A stretch of 60,666 bases of DNA, filler included. It is 7 parts of 7 records of this genome, joined end to end, with 100 filler letters (N's around TTAATTAATTAA, not from the genome) between each part and the next. Parts side by side here need not be neighbours in the genome. Positions count along the whole stretch, not along the records: positions 47,730 to 55,328 come from SRR31156797_91715; positions 55,429 to 60,666 come from SRR31156797_91758; 5 more parts are not named here. One strand, 5' to 3'. The position numbers and the translations under genes were made by a program. Of this stretch, positions 47,870 through 56,577 are shown one piece after another. The notes beneath the pieces are model-generated. The model did no database searches. It had not been told where the DNA came from and worked only from the letters and a program-made list of their open reading frames with translations. The stretch's first letter is position 1. The number at the start of each line of letters is the position of its first letter.

Positions 47870-50314
47870 TTAGTTTTTAATAATTTTCTGATTAACTGTA
47901 TTCGAATTGTTATCTGTAATGCACGCCATGTAAACTCCAGGAGCTACATTCGGTAGATCTATCTTAAAACTATTTGTATAAGTGGCATCGTACTTAGTTT
48001 CACGATACACAGTTTTACCATATAAATCGGTAATTATAATCTCAACATCAGTGGTTATCTCCGATTGAAATCCATTGACGTAAATGTAGTTTTTAAACGG
48101 ATTAGGATAAATAGCAATATCATTTGCAGCAATCATGTCATCGGCCGAAGTAGTTACCTCCTGAATAGCCAGGTTGTCAATAGCCCATCCCCAGCCAGTT
48201 ACTTCTTTATCTGATGCCAATCGAAATCGGAAGATTACAGTGTCGCCAGCACTAAAACCAGTATTGTCGGTTAAGTTAATGGTTTGTTTAAGGAACATAT
48301 TCTGCTGGCCAGTTGCTTCAGAAACGGCACTTTTTAACGATCCTGTAAATTGGGAATTCCATAATTCATCAATACCTGAGTCGTATCCATCGGTAATTGG
48401 CAACCAGCTTTTTCCACTGTTCTTGCTTGCTTCAACAATTACAAAATCCCAAAATTGTTCTTCAGTATAAAAAGTTCCGTCTTCTCCGGGCTCTACCAAA
48501 ACAACCTCATCAAATGTCATTATTCCATTATCTACTAAAATAATCGGGTGTTTTAATTGTGCCAAAAGGTTATACTTATTATTCTCCAGACTTGATTCAG
48601 GATAAGGACTTACAGTATGTAAATTTCCACTGGAGAATCCTGCAGGAGTAGCAATCTTAAAATCCGAAAACTCGAAATCACTATTAGGAGAATCAAAGTC
48701 ACTGTAATACCCGGAAAGAGCTTTTTGTTCTGCTTCAAAAACTTCAACAGTATAATATCCACTTGTTGGCATTCTGCGTTTGTTTTCCCGTAAGGTGTTG
48801 TCAATTGCAACCACTCGGTATTCAACTACATCTTCCGCACTCAGATTAAGTGGAAATTGAATCTTGCCAGCATAAGAATCGGCAGCCTCTTTCGTTAGGA
48901 CAAATGATTCCTGCTCCTGACTATTAATCTTATATTCTACTTTTACTGTTTGAATACCAACATTATCGGTAGCAACGGCTACAACATTTAATTCCGGATA
49001 CTCTGCATTTATCATTTTTTCCGGATTATGCTTCAGTACAGGTGGGTAATAATCGGTACCCACGCGAAATGACAGCAACTGATCCGGTGCTCTTTCGGGA
49101 TAATAGAACGATTCGTTGTTTTGGGTTTTTGCATGATAGTAATAATTAATCTTACCTTTTGCATCGTTTAACGGCAAATCTCCCTTATAATTCTGGGTTA
49201 CGGCATCATAGGCCAGACTAACAGTTTTTGAAGTTGAAAAATTGTCGGTTGAATAAGTAATTTTTACCGAAGATTTATTAATATCTAACTCTCCTCCAAC
49301 TTCAACTGAAACAGGTAAATTAACAACCGGCTCCTCAAAATCATTGATCTCTCCCTCAAAACTTACCGATTTCCATCCTAAGCTTGCCAATACATCCAGG
49401 GTTTCTTCACCTGGTGTATGTATGGCTTCTCCTTTAAAAATATAAGGAGTCATTAACGCATCGGCAGTACCATTGTTATAATCACTTTCGCTAAAATGAT
49501 AGATGCTGGAACCTACATTCCAACTCTGGGGAGCATAAATTTTAGGACTATCGTCTGAAACTCCATCCAAATAAAGATTACCAGAAAGTAATTCGTTTTT
49601 GAGAGCTACCGAAGGTCTGGTAATAATATCCTCATCAGCAATTTGCTGATTTATTTGGTTGTAAATATAAATATCGTAAATACTTGGAGAATTATTGGAA
49701 CTACTAATTTCCCCGATTTGTCCGTCAACATTAAAAAAACCTACAAATCCAAGTCCATGAACCAGTTCATGAAGTACGATAGTTACAAAGTCATACTCAT
49801 CTGAAGGACAGTTACCGTTGGTTCCGTAATACCAATCGGTACTGTTATTAAATGAACATTCAATATCTGCTTCTGAACCGTTTAATTCTTTTTCAGAAAG
49901 TTTTTCGGCTAAAGCTACAGGATAATAAACATCAGTGAAACGGGCTCCACTAAAATTTCGGTACAAACTACCTGGCACACTATGGGCCAGAATATTTGTC
50001 CCCAGGCTTTCCCAGTTGGCACGAACCTTAATCGGTACAGGCGACGTTATAAGGTTCTCGTAAATAGAAACGGCATACAAAAATGCAGGTTTTGCATTTT
50101 CCGGGAAGTTTACGAATTCTACTTGAAAATCGGATTTCAAAACCGAACCTGATTTTAAACTAAAATCAGAAGCGGGGATAAACGATTTTCGACTTTCTTC
50201 AGAAGCAATGTTAACCGGTGCAATCACTTGTGTAATCCGATCCGGGTTCTGCTTCTGTGCCCAAACATTGCAAGCGCCAGCAATGGTAAGGACGGTTAAA
50301 ATAAAGCGTCTCAT
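47870..50314 (-). CDS. Secreted Zn metalloprotease-like protein with T9SS type A C-terminal sorting domain
   Basis: Signal peptide, LHELVHGLGF (HExxH), GSSIYH, LMTP, Ig-like repeats, GW.IDNL, IYPNP...G.Y...KIIKN. Confidence 0.9.
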   Translation of the reverse strand: MRRFILTVLTIAGACNVWAQKQNPDRITQVIAPVNIASEESRKSFIPASDFSLKSGSVLKSDFQVEFVNFPENAKPAFLYAVSIYENLITSPVPIKVRANWESLGTNILAHSVPGSLYRNFSGARFTDVYYPVALAEKLSEKELNGSEADIECSFNNSTDWYYGTNGNCPSDEYDFVTIVLHELVHGLGFVGFFNVDGQIGEISSSNNSPSIYDIYIYNQINQQIADEDIITRPSVALKNELLSGNLYLDGVSDDSPKIYAPQSWNVGSSIYHFSESDYNNGTADALMTPYIFKGEAIHTPGEETLDVLASLGWKSVSFEGEINDFEEPVVNLPVSVEVGGELDINKSSVKITYSTDNFSTSKTVSLAYDAVTQNYKGDLPLNDAKGKINYYYHAKTQNNESFYYPERAPDQLLSFRVGTDYYPPVLKHNPEKMINAEYPELNVVAVATDNVGIQTVKVEYKINSQEQESFVLTKEAADSYAGKIQFPLNLSAEDVVEYRVVAIDNTLRENKRRMPTSGYYTVEVFEAEQKALSGYYSDFDSPNSDFEFSDFKIATPAGFSSGNLHTVSPYPESSLENNKYNLLAQLKHPIILVDNGIMTFDEVVLVEPGEDGTFYTEEQFWDFVIVEASKNSGKSWLPITDGYDSGIDELWNSQFTGSLKSAVSEATGQQNMFLKQTINLTDNTGFSAGDTVIFRFRLASDKEVTGWGWAIDNLAIQEVTTSADDMIAANDIAIYPNPFKNYIYVNGFQSEITTDVEIIITDLYGKTVYRETKYDATYTNSFKIDLPNVAPGVYMACITDNNSNTVNQKIIKN

Positions 50315-50318
50315 TACA

Positions 50319-50876
50319 ACTCAAATTAGGGTTTGTTACTAACCTCTAATCAAAGCCTGATCAAAGCATCCAATAATTCTTATGGATTGGTTACTTGTTA
50401 ATTTTCCGATTTCTGGTCTTAGTTGATTTACCGGGTTTGTTTATGTAAATCAATGGGTTTGTAAAGACCATTTGTCTTTCTTTTAACAAGTCTTGCTCCA
50501 ACACGAATTTAAATAAACTAAGTCTTTTTACTGCTTAATGCAGCGTCCAGGTTAAAAAAATGGTTCTGCTCCATCATTACTCAAATTAGGGTTTGTTTCT
50601 TACCTACAAAGTTGAAACATTCTAATGGTTATGGTGAATTCGTATTGCTGAAAAAGAACAACTTAAGCTCTCATTATTTATCAGGCATTTATCCGGTTTA
50701 TGCGGGTTTGTTTCTGAGCAAAAACCAGTGGGTTTGTAAAACGCCGGAAAAAATTCCGAACCTAATCCTCCAATTCAATACAATTCAAATTTGCTCTTAA
50801 TTATAAAAGTGATGATTGATGTTGTGAAATAATTAAAAGCGCCAGCCAAAGAACGGTTCTACATTTATGGGTTTGT
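50319..50876 (-). repeat. Seven co-oriented GGGTTTGT (ACAAACCC) motifs including a 19-bp direct repeat
   Basis: GGGTTTGT starts at 50329, 50433, 50455, 50589, 50704, 50730 and 50869; ACTCAAATTAGGGTTTGTT at 50319 and 50579. Confidence 0.85.
50518..50577 (-). CDS. Possible 19-aa micro-ORF or gene remnant
   Basis: MMEQNHFFNLDAALSSKKT*; follows the same leader sequence that precedes the protease ATG. Confidence 0.3.
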   Translation of the reverse strand: MMEQNHFFNLDAALSSKKT

Positions 50877-50962
50877 CAATGTAAATGTATGAATAAATTT
50901 TATTTAACCAAATTTTTTTTCATAAGTTTAGCCACGCAACAAAAAATACAATTGTGAATTTT

Positions 50963-52414
50963 ATGAACTTTTTATCAACAGCTCTACTCGCTCTACTATT
51001 GTCCGTTAGCCTCCCACCTAAAAAATCGAATGAAAAAACATACGATGAAAAATACCGTCCGCAATTCCATTTCTCGCCGGAAAAGAACCTGATGAACTCT
51101 CCAAGTGGATTGGTATTTTATAATGGAGAATACCACTTATTCTATCGATATAATCCCGCAGAAAACGAAAATGAATGTACTCATTGGGGACACGCCCGAA
51201 GTAACGACATGCTACACTGGAAACATTCTCCGGTTGCTCTTCATCCCGAAAACAATTCCAATACCGAAGAAAAGTGTACGGTTTTATCCGGTTCGGTTAT
51301 TATAGACAAACACAATGTTCTTAAAAAAGAAACAGGACCGGATAAAACACTGGTAGCATTTTATACCAGCAAAAACTGTGGACAACGCATTGCCTTCAGC
51401 ACAGATAAAGGACAAAGCTGGAAAAAACTGGAAAATAATCCGCTAATCCCTACTGAAGAAAAAGACGAGGCCCACAACCCGAAGGTAATCTGGCACGAGT
51501 TGAGCAAAAAATGGATAATGACTTTAAATCGTAACTTGACCGATGATGCAAAATCAAAAGGTGTTTCATTTTACACCTCTGACAATTTGGTTGATTGGAA
51601 GTGGGAAAGTCATGTGCCTGGATATGTTGAGTCTGCAGATCTGATTCAATTCAATGTGAGCAATCGTCCAGATGAAAAAATCTGGGCTCTTATTGACGGC
51701 GACGGAAGTTACTTACTTGGCACTTTTGATGGTCAAACTTTTTCTCCTGCTTCAGCAAAAATGAAAAGCGACTGGGGGAAAAACTACTTCGCCATACAAA
51801 CTTGCAGTAATCTGACCCAAGAAAAAGGACGTGTGGTGCAGATTGCATGGATGAAAGGTGGAGAATATCCTGACATGCCTTTTTCCGGACAAATGACGTT
51901 CCCATGCGAACTTGCTGTAACCAAGTTTAAAAGCGGGTATAAACTTGTTCGTAAACCAATTTCTGAAGTTGAAACATTACACGGTAAAGGATTCGTAGCT
52001 GAAAACAAGAATGTAATACCGGGAGTTAACGACAACAAGCTAAAAAAAGTGTCGGGCGACTGTCTGCATATAATCGGAGAATTTGATCTTAAAACGTCCA
52101 ATAACTTTGGATTAATGCTGCGCCATAGTAATAAAGAAGATGGCACAGAACTACTCTACAATGTAAAACGTGGCACACTAAATATTTTAGGTTGTACTGT
52201 TCCGGTCCCTGCAGTAAATAACAAAATCAAACTCGAAATTTTACTCGACCGCAGTTCTATAGAAGTGTTTACAAATGACGGACAAAACGTGGTCTCTAAT
52301 TGTTTTACACCTTCAGAAAAATCGTTGGATGTTGTTCTTTTCACCAATGGAGGTGAACTTGGCATTGATAATGTATCGGTTTACAAACTTGAGTCTGTGT
52401 GGGGTGAGCAATAA
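50963..52414 (+). CDS. Glycoside hydrolase family 32-like protein with degenerate catalytic motifs
   Basis: YRPQFHFSP, YHLFY.YNP, HWGHA.S.D..HW, SGS, DWG.NYFA.QT, LDRSSIEVF. Confidence 0.9.
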   Translation: MNFLSTALLALLLSVSLPPKKSNEKTYDEKYRPQFHFSPEKNLMNSPSGLVFYNGEYHLFYRYNPAENENECTHWGHARSNDMLHWKHSPVALHPENNSNTEEKCTVLSGSVIIDKHNVLKKETGPDKTLVAFYTSKNCGQRIAFSTDKGQSWKKLENNPLIPTEEKDEAHNPKVIWHELSKKWIMTLNRNLTDDAKSKGVSFYTSDNLVDWKWESHVPGYVESADLIQFNVSNRPDEKIWALIDGDGSYLLGTFDGQTFSPASAKMKSDWGKNYFAIQTCSNLTQEKGRVVQIAWMKGGEYPDMPFSGQMTFPCELAVTKFKSGYKLVRKPISEVETLHGKGFVAENKNVIPGVNDNKLKKVSGDCLHIIGEFDLKTSNNFGLMLRHSNKEDGTELLYNVKRGTLNILGCTVPVPAVNNKIKLEILLDRSSIEVFTNDGQNVVSNCFTPSEKSLDVVLFTNGGELGIDNVSVYKLESVWGEQ

Positions 52415-52420
52415 CTGGTT

Positions 52421-54007
52421 CTAACAAAACATAGTAATTAATTGAACACAAACAATTAACAACACCATTGCAACCGGATAAACGGTTGCATAGGCAATAG
52501 AATGAGCATTGGTATCGGTCATTGAGTCGGCAGCGGCAAGTCCGGGAGTACTTGTCATGCTTCCACTTAATGCACCGAGTAGAGTGAGAACGTTCATATT
52601 AAATACCCATTTCCCTACCAAACCAGCAATAATCATTGGAAGCAGGGTAATGGCTCCACCGTATAAAAACAAATCAATACCATACTCATTAAAGGTTTCA
52701 ATTATTTTTTGTCCGGCACTTGTACCCACCGCAGCTAAAAACAATAACAAGCCAAACTGACGAAGTAATTGGTTTGCAGCTCCTGTCATTGTCCAAAGAA
52801 CAGGTCCGGTTTTTCCTATTCTACTTAAAACAAGTGCAACAACTAAAACGCCACCAGTAAGCCCTAAGGAAAACGAAAAAGATCCAAGAGCCAAACTAAC
52901 TTTTCCCACAACAACACCTAAAATAATGCCCAGCGCAATTGGAAGTATATCAGTATCTGACAAACGTTTCTGGTCGTTACCAAATACTTTGGTCACTATT
53001 TCCATATTTGCACGACTACTGGCGATTATCAACTTATCGCCAAACTGTAGTTTTGATCCGGGACTTGGTGAAATATTAATCCCTGCTCGCCTGATTCGGG
53101 TTATTGTAGCACTGTAGGTGTGTAAAAGATTAATTTGTCCGATGGTTTTATTTACAACTTCTTTATTAGTTACCAGTACCGACCTTACATCGTATTTTGG
53201 ATCGAGGCTTATTTCTTTATCAGTTGCCGAACCAATTAATAATTCAACATTTTTCAAAGCCTCTTCGGTACCAACAGCTTTTATCAAGTCTCCTTTATGC
53301 AAAACAGTATCGGGACTTGGCGTAATACCTTTGCCATTATGAACCACCCTTGAAACCACAGCCTTAGTCATAAAACGAATACGTAATCCTCCAATCGTCT
53401 TACCAATTACATTCTCGTTTTCAACAATAAAGTTTCGTTTAACTACCTCTGGAAACTCGTCACTTAGTTTTGATTTATATTCTTTTTCTGCTTTTTCGAT
53501 AGGGCTGCGTAAAATCCCGGGTAAAAAGCGGATAAAAAGAATTACTCCAATCACCCCAAAGGGATAACCAACACCATAACCTATCGAAGCAAGAGGAGAA
53601 CCGGTATAATCAATAGCAGCTGCCAATCCCGGAGTGCTGGTTAACGAACCGGTTAATAAACCTACTGCTATATTGGGATCAACTTTAAAAACAGATATTA
53701 CCAACACCGTTATCAATGATGCCACTAAGATCAATACCGTAGCAAAACCAGCCAGTTGACGTCCTTCCTTTTTAAACGATTCAAAAAAACCGGGACCAGC
53801 TTGTATTCCAATTGTAAAAATAAAAAGCACCAATCCCAGATACTGAAAATCTTTTGGTATACTTATTCCGTAACGCCCAAAAACAAGCGCAACAAAGATA
53901 ACTGCCGAGACATCGAGAGAAAGACCAAATATTTTGATCCGCCCAACAATAAAACCAAGAGTAACAATAACAAATAGAGCAAAGTAGCCGTTTGAAAGTA
54001 ATTCCAT
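52421..54007 (-). CDS. AspT/YidE/YbjL family transporter with two TrkA-C domains
   Basis: GL.LF.F.IG..AGPGFF, duplicated G..TSTPGLAAA and Y...YP motifs, central TrkA-C domains. Confidence 0.92.
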   Translation of the reverse strand: MELLSNGYFALFVIVTLGFIVGRIKIFGLSLDVSAVIFVALVFGRYGISIPKDFQYLGLVLFIFTIGIQAGPGFFESFKKEGRQLAGFATVLILVASLITVLVISVFKVDPNIAVGLLTGSLTSTPGLAAAIDYTGSPLASIGYGVGYPFGVIGVILFIRFLPGILRSPIEKAEKEYKSKLSDEFPEVVKRNFIVENENVIGKTIGGLRIRFMTKAVVSRVVHNGKGITPSPDTVLHKGDLIKAVGTEEALKNVELLIGSATDKEISLDPKYDVRSVLVTNKEVVNKTIGQINLLHTYSATITRIRRAGINISPSPGSKLQFGDKLIIASSRANMEIVTKVFGNDQKRLSDTDILPIALGIILGVVVGKVSLALGSFSFSLGLTGGVLVVALVLSRIGKTGPVLWTMTGAANQLLRQFGLLLFLAAVGTSAGQKIIETFNEYGIDLFLYGGAITLLPMIIAGLVGKWVFNMNVLTLLGALSGSMTSTPGLAAADSMTDTNAHSIAYATVYPVAMVLLIVCVQLITMFC

Positions 54008-54027
54008 TATAGCGATGAATTTGAATA

Positions 54028-54035
54028 CAAAGTTA
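54028..54035 (-). promoter_or_regulatory. Bacteroidota -7 promoter element
   Basis: TAACTTTG matches TAnnTTTG, 20 nt upstream of the ATG. Confidence 0.6.
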
Positions 54036-54113
54036 GTGAAATACAACACCCTTTACATTTCTATCATCAGGAAAAAGTCTTTTTAAACCGAATTTAATAT
54101 TTGTAAAATACTA

Positions 54114-54509
54114 TTATTGCGAATTTGCAACATTGGCAGCCAAAAATGAAAATACTGAAATAAGAATCCAGAATATCCACTGAAACATTTTTAACAATGA
54201 TATTTTTGCTCTTAAAGCAATGATTATCTGACCAATGGCAAACAACAAGTAATTCATGCCAATAAAACCGAAAAGTGGTGTAGGATCAATTACACACCTT
54301 CCACCTCTAATGCCAGGGACAACTAACAAATAACCTGATAAAAACAAAAAGATGCTGGTATAATGAAACACACTTTGCATGACTTTTTTCGCAATGTGGT
54401 CAAAATCAGCAGTCATCATGGGTTTCAAATATTTAACTTTTCCGATGGTTAAATGCCCGATAAAGGCAAATAACGCAAGTGTTCCCGCTACAATTGCATA
54501 AATATTCAT
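54114..54509 (-). CDS. Hypothetical 4-TM membrane protein
   Basis: Four hydrophobic segments, GH...G and FQW motifs; co-oriented with its neighbours. Confidence 0.75.
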   Translation of the reverse strand: MNIYAIVAGTLALFAFIGHLTIGKVKYLKPMMTADFDHIAKKVMQSVFHYTSIFLFLSGYLLVVPGIRGGRCVIDPTPLFGFIGMNYLLFAIGQIIIALRAKISLLKMFQWIFWILISVFSFLAANVANSQ

Positions 54510-54560
54510 TACTTGTTTAGTTAAAGGTTTTGAACTATAACGGTATATACTATCAAAGGT

Positions 54561-55268
54561 TTACTTCATCAAAAAGCTAAAGTCATCTCCAGCCGAGAGT
54601 TCAATCGGTTCCAATCCGTTTTTAAAGATTCTACATTTTCTACTTCCGACCAGGTCTATTTTTCCGTCTTCCAACTTAAACATAGTTCCTTCGCGAAGCC
54701 CTGCAACAAAGCAATTAGGATTAATCTCAAGAAATTCTTCAATACGTTGTTCCCGCGTTTCTCCTCCATGCCCTTCGGGATTTGCATCTAAATAATGTGG
54801 ATTAATCTGGAAAGGAACCAGCCCGGCACAATCAAATCCTTTGGGATCAGTTATAGGCATATCGTTGGTTGTACGTAAGGTAGGACAAGCTACATTTGAG
54901 CCGGCACTCCAGCCAATATATGGTGTGCCGTTAAAAGTCTTTTCTCTGATTGGATTCATCAACTTTTGGTCGTGTAACATTCGAACCAATTGCCAGGTAT
55001 TGCCTCCACCGACAATAATTGCCTCCGCATCTCTTATTGCTTTAACCGGATTTTTAAAGCTATGTATTCCAACTATGTGGTGACCAAGCTCTGCCAAACG
55101 CGCCTCTACCTTCTCGCAATAAGCATCATATGAAAAGGTAACTGCGGCATAAGGAATAAAAACGGCTGTTACTGATTTTTCACCCAGAAATTTTTTAATT
55201 TCATTTTTTGGATAATCCAGGTATGCTTCACCCGGCATAGTCGAATTACTTATTAGTAATAATCTCAT
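54561..55268 (-). CDS. pepE: Alpha-aspartyl dipeptidase
   Basis: LLISNST, FIPYA, VGGGNT, GWSAGSN, TTNDMPI, QINPHY, GETREQRI.EF. Confidence 0.96.
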   Translation of the reverse strand: MRLLLISNSTMPGEAYLDYPKNEIKKFLGEKSVTAVFIPYAAVTFSYDAYCEKVEARLAELGHHIVGIHSFKNPVKAIRDAEAIIVGGGNTWQLVRMLHDQKLMNPIREKTFNGTPYIGWSAGSNVACPTLRTTNDMPITDPKGFDCAGLVPFQINPHYLDANPEGHGGETREQRIEEFLEINPNCFVAGLREGTMFKLEDGKIDLVGSRKCRIFKNGLEPIELSAGDDFSFLMK

Positions 55269-55328
55269 CTTTTTTAGTGGCATTTATTTTAAAGCGAAGT
55301 ACTAAAATCCGGCTTAATCAACCAATGA

Positions 55329-55428
55329 NNNNNNNNNNNNNNNNNNNNNNNNNNNNNNNNNNNNNNNNNNNNTTAATTAATTAANNNNNNNNNNNNNNNN
55401 NNNNNNNNNNNNNNNNNNNNNNNNNNNN
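55329..55428. other. Artificial contig spacer
   Basis: N-run with central TTAATTAATTAA. Confidence 0.99.
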
Positions 55429-55468
55429 CAGGATGAGATGAAGAAATGAAAGTCTGGTACGAGGTCGT

Positions 55469-56455
55469 ATGCGCATTCCATCACACATTCATGTCGCAGT
55501 TGTGATTCCTGCATACAGAGTTGAGGAACACATTGAAGAAGTGATTCGAACCGTCCCCGGATGGGTGCGGACGATTATTGTAGTTGAGGATGCCAGTCCC
55601 GATGACACGGCCAGAATCGTCGAATCCATCCATGATCCTCGGCTTCGCCTCATTCGCCATGAGCAGAATCAGGGGGTAGGGGGGGCGATGCGAACGGGTT
55701 TCCGTGAAGCGATGACAACCGGTGCGGATATTGTCGTGAAAATGGATGGCGATGGACAGATGGATCCTCTTTTCCTTCCCGCATTGATTGAGCCTCTCGT
55801 GCATGGTACAGCAGATATGACCAAAGGAAATCGGTATCGGGATTTCAGCGCGCTGAAGCAGATGCCTGTACATCGGATCATTGGGAATGCCGGATTGACG
55901 TTTCTCGTCAAACTCGCGTCAGGTTACTGGCATATGTTCGATCCGACCAACGGATATTTTTCGATCCGGACATCAGCACTCCGTCATCTCAACCTGGAGA
56001 AGTTGCCGAGCCGATACTATTTCGAGTCGGGTCTCCTTGTGCGTCTGGGAATTGCAGGTGCCTGCCTGCGGGATGTCTCGATGCCAGCACGGTATGGAAC
56101 TGAAAAATCATCATTATCAGTACTGAAAACTCTTCTGGAGTTTCCTCCTCGTCTTGCGATGGGACTGATTTCGCGACTGTTCTGGCGATACATGGTCTTC
56201 GATTTTTCGGCTGTTTCGGTTTTTCTGCTGGGTGGGATTCCACTTCTGCTGGGTGGATCTCTGTTCGGACTGAATGCGTATTCCCAAATGAAAGAAACAG
56301 GTGTTCCCACTTCTGCAGGGACAGTTATGCTCGCAGCCATGCCTATCATCATCGGGACACAAATGGTTCTGCAAGCCATCGTAGTCGATATCGGCAATGT
56401 CCCCAAAACCCCGATTTCACCACATCTGGATGCGGTTGAAGATGATTCCGTCTGA
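55469..56455 (+). CDS. Glycosyltransferase family 2 (DPM1/GtrB-like) with C-terminal TM helices
   Basis: VVIPAY, VEDASPD, NQGVGGA, KMDGDGQMDP, KGNR, DPTNGY. Confidence 0.92.
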   Translation: MRIPSHIHVAVVIPAYRVEEHIEEVIRTVPGWVRTIIVVEDASPDDTARIVESIHDPRLRLIRHEQNQGVGGAMRTGFREAMTTGADIVVKMDGDGQMDPLFLPALIEPLVHGTADMTKGNRYRDFSALKQMPVHRIIGNAGLTFLVKLASGYWHMFDPTNGYFSIRTSALRHLNLEKLPSRYYFESGLLVRLGIAGACLRDVSMPARYGTEKSSLSVLKTLLEFPPRLAMGLISRLFWRYMVFDFSAVSVFLLGGIPLLLGGSLFGLNAYSQMKETGVPTSAGTVMLAAMPIIIGTQMVLQAIVVDIGNVPKTPISPHLDAVEDDSV

Positions 56456-56577
56456 TTCCATGAGGAAATAACAGACATTCCAGTTTCCGGAACCATCGAG
56501 CCGATATATAATTCTGTATGCATATGCAATTGTATGTATGTGCTGTATATGGCTTTGCGTCCGCCGGAGGAACCGGA

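Noticed and set aside
50319..50876. Possible CRISPR array
   Set aside because: Shared core is only 8 nt (19 nt twice), spacing is irregular (22-139 nt) and no cas genes are present.
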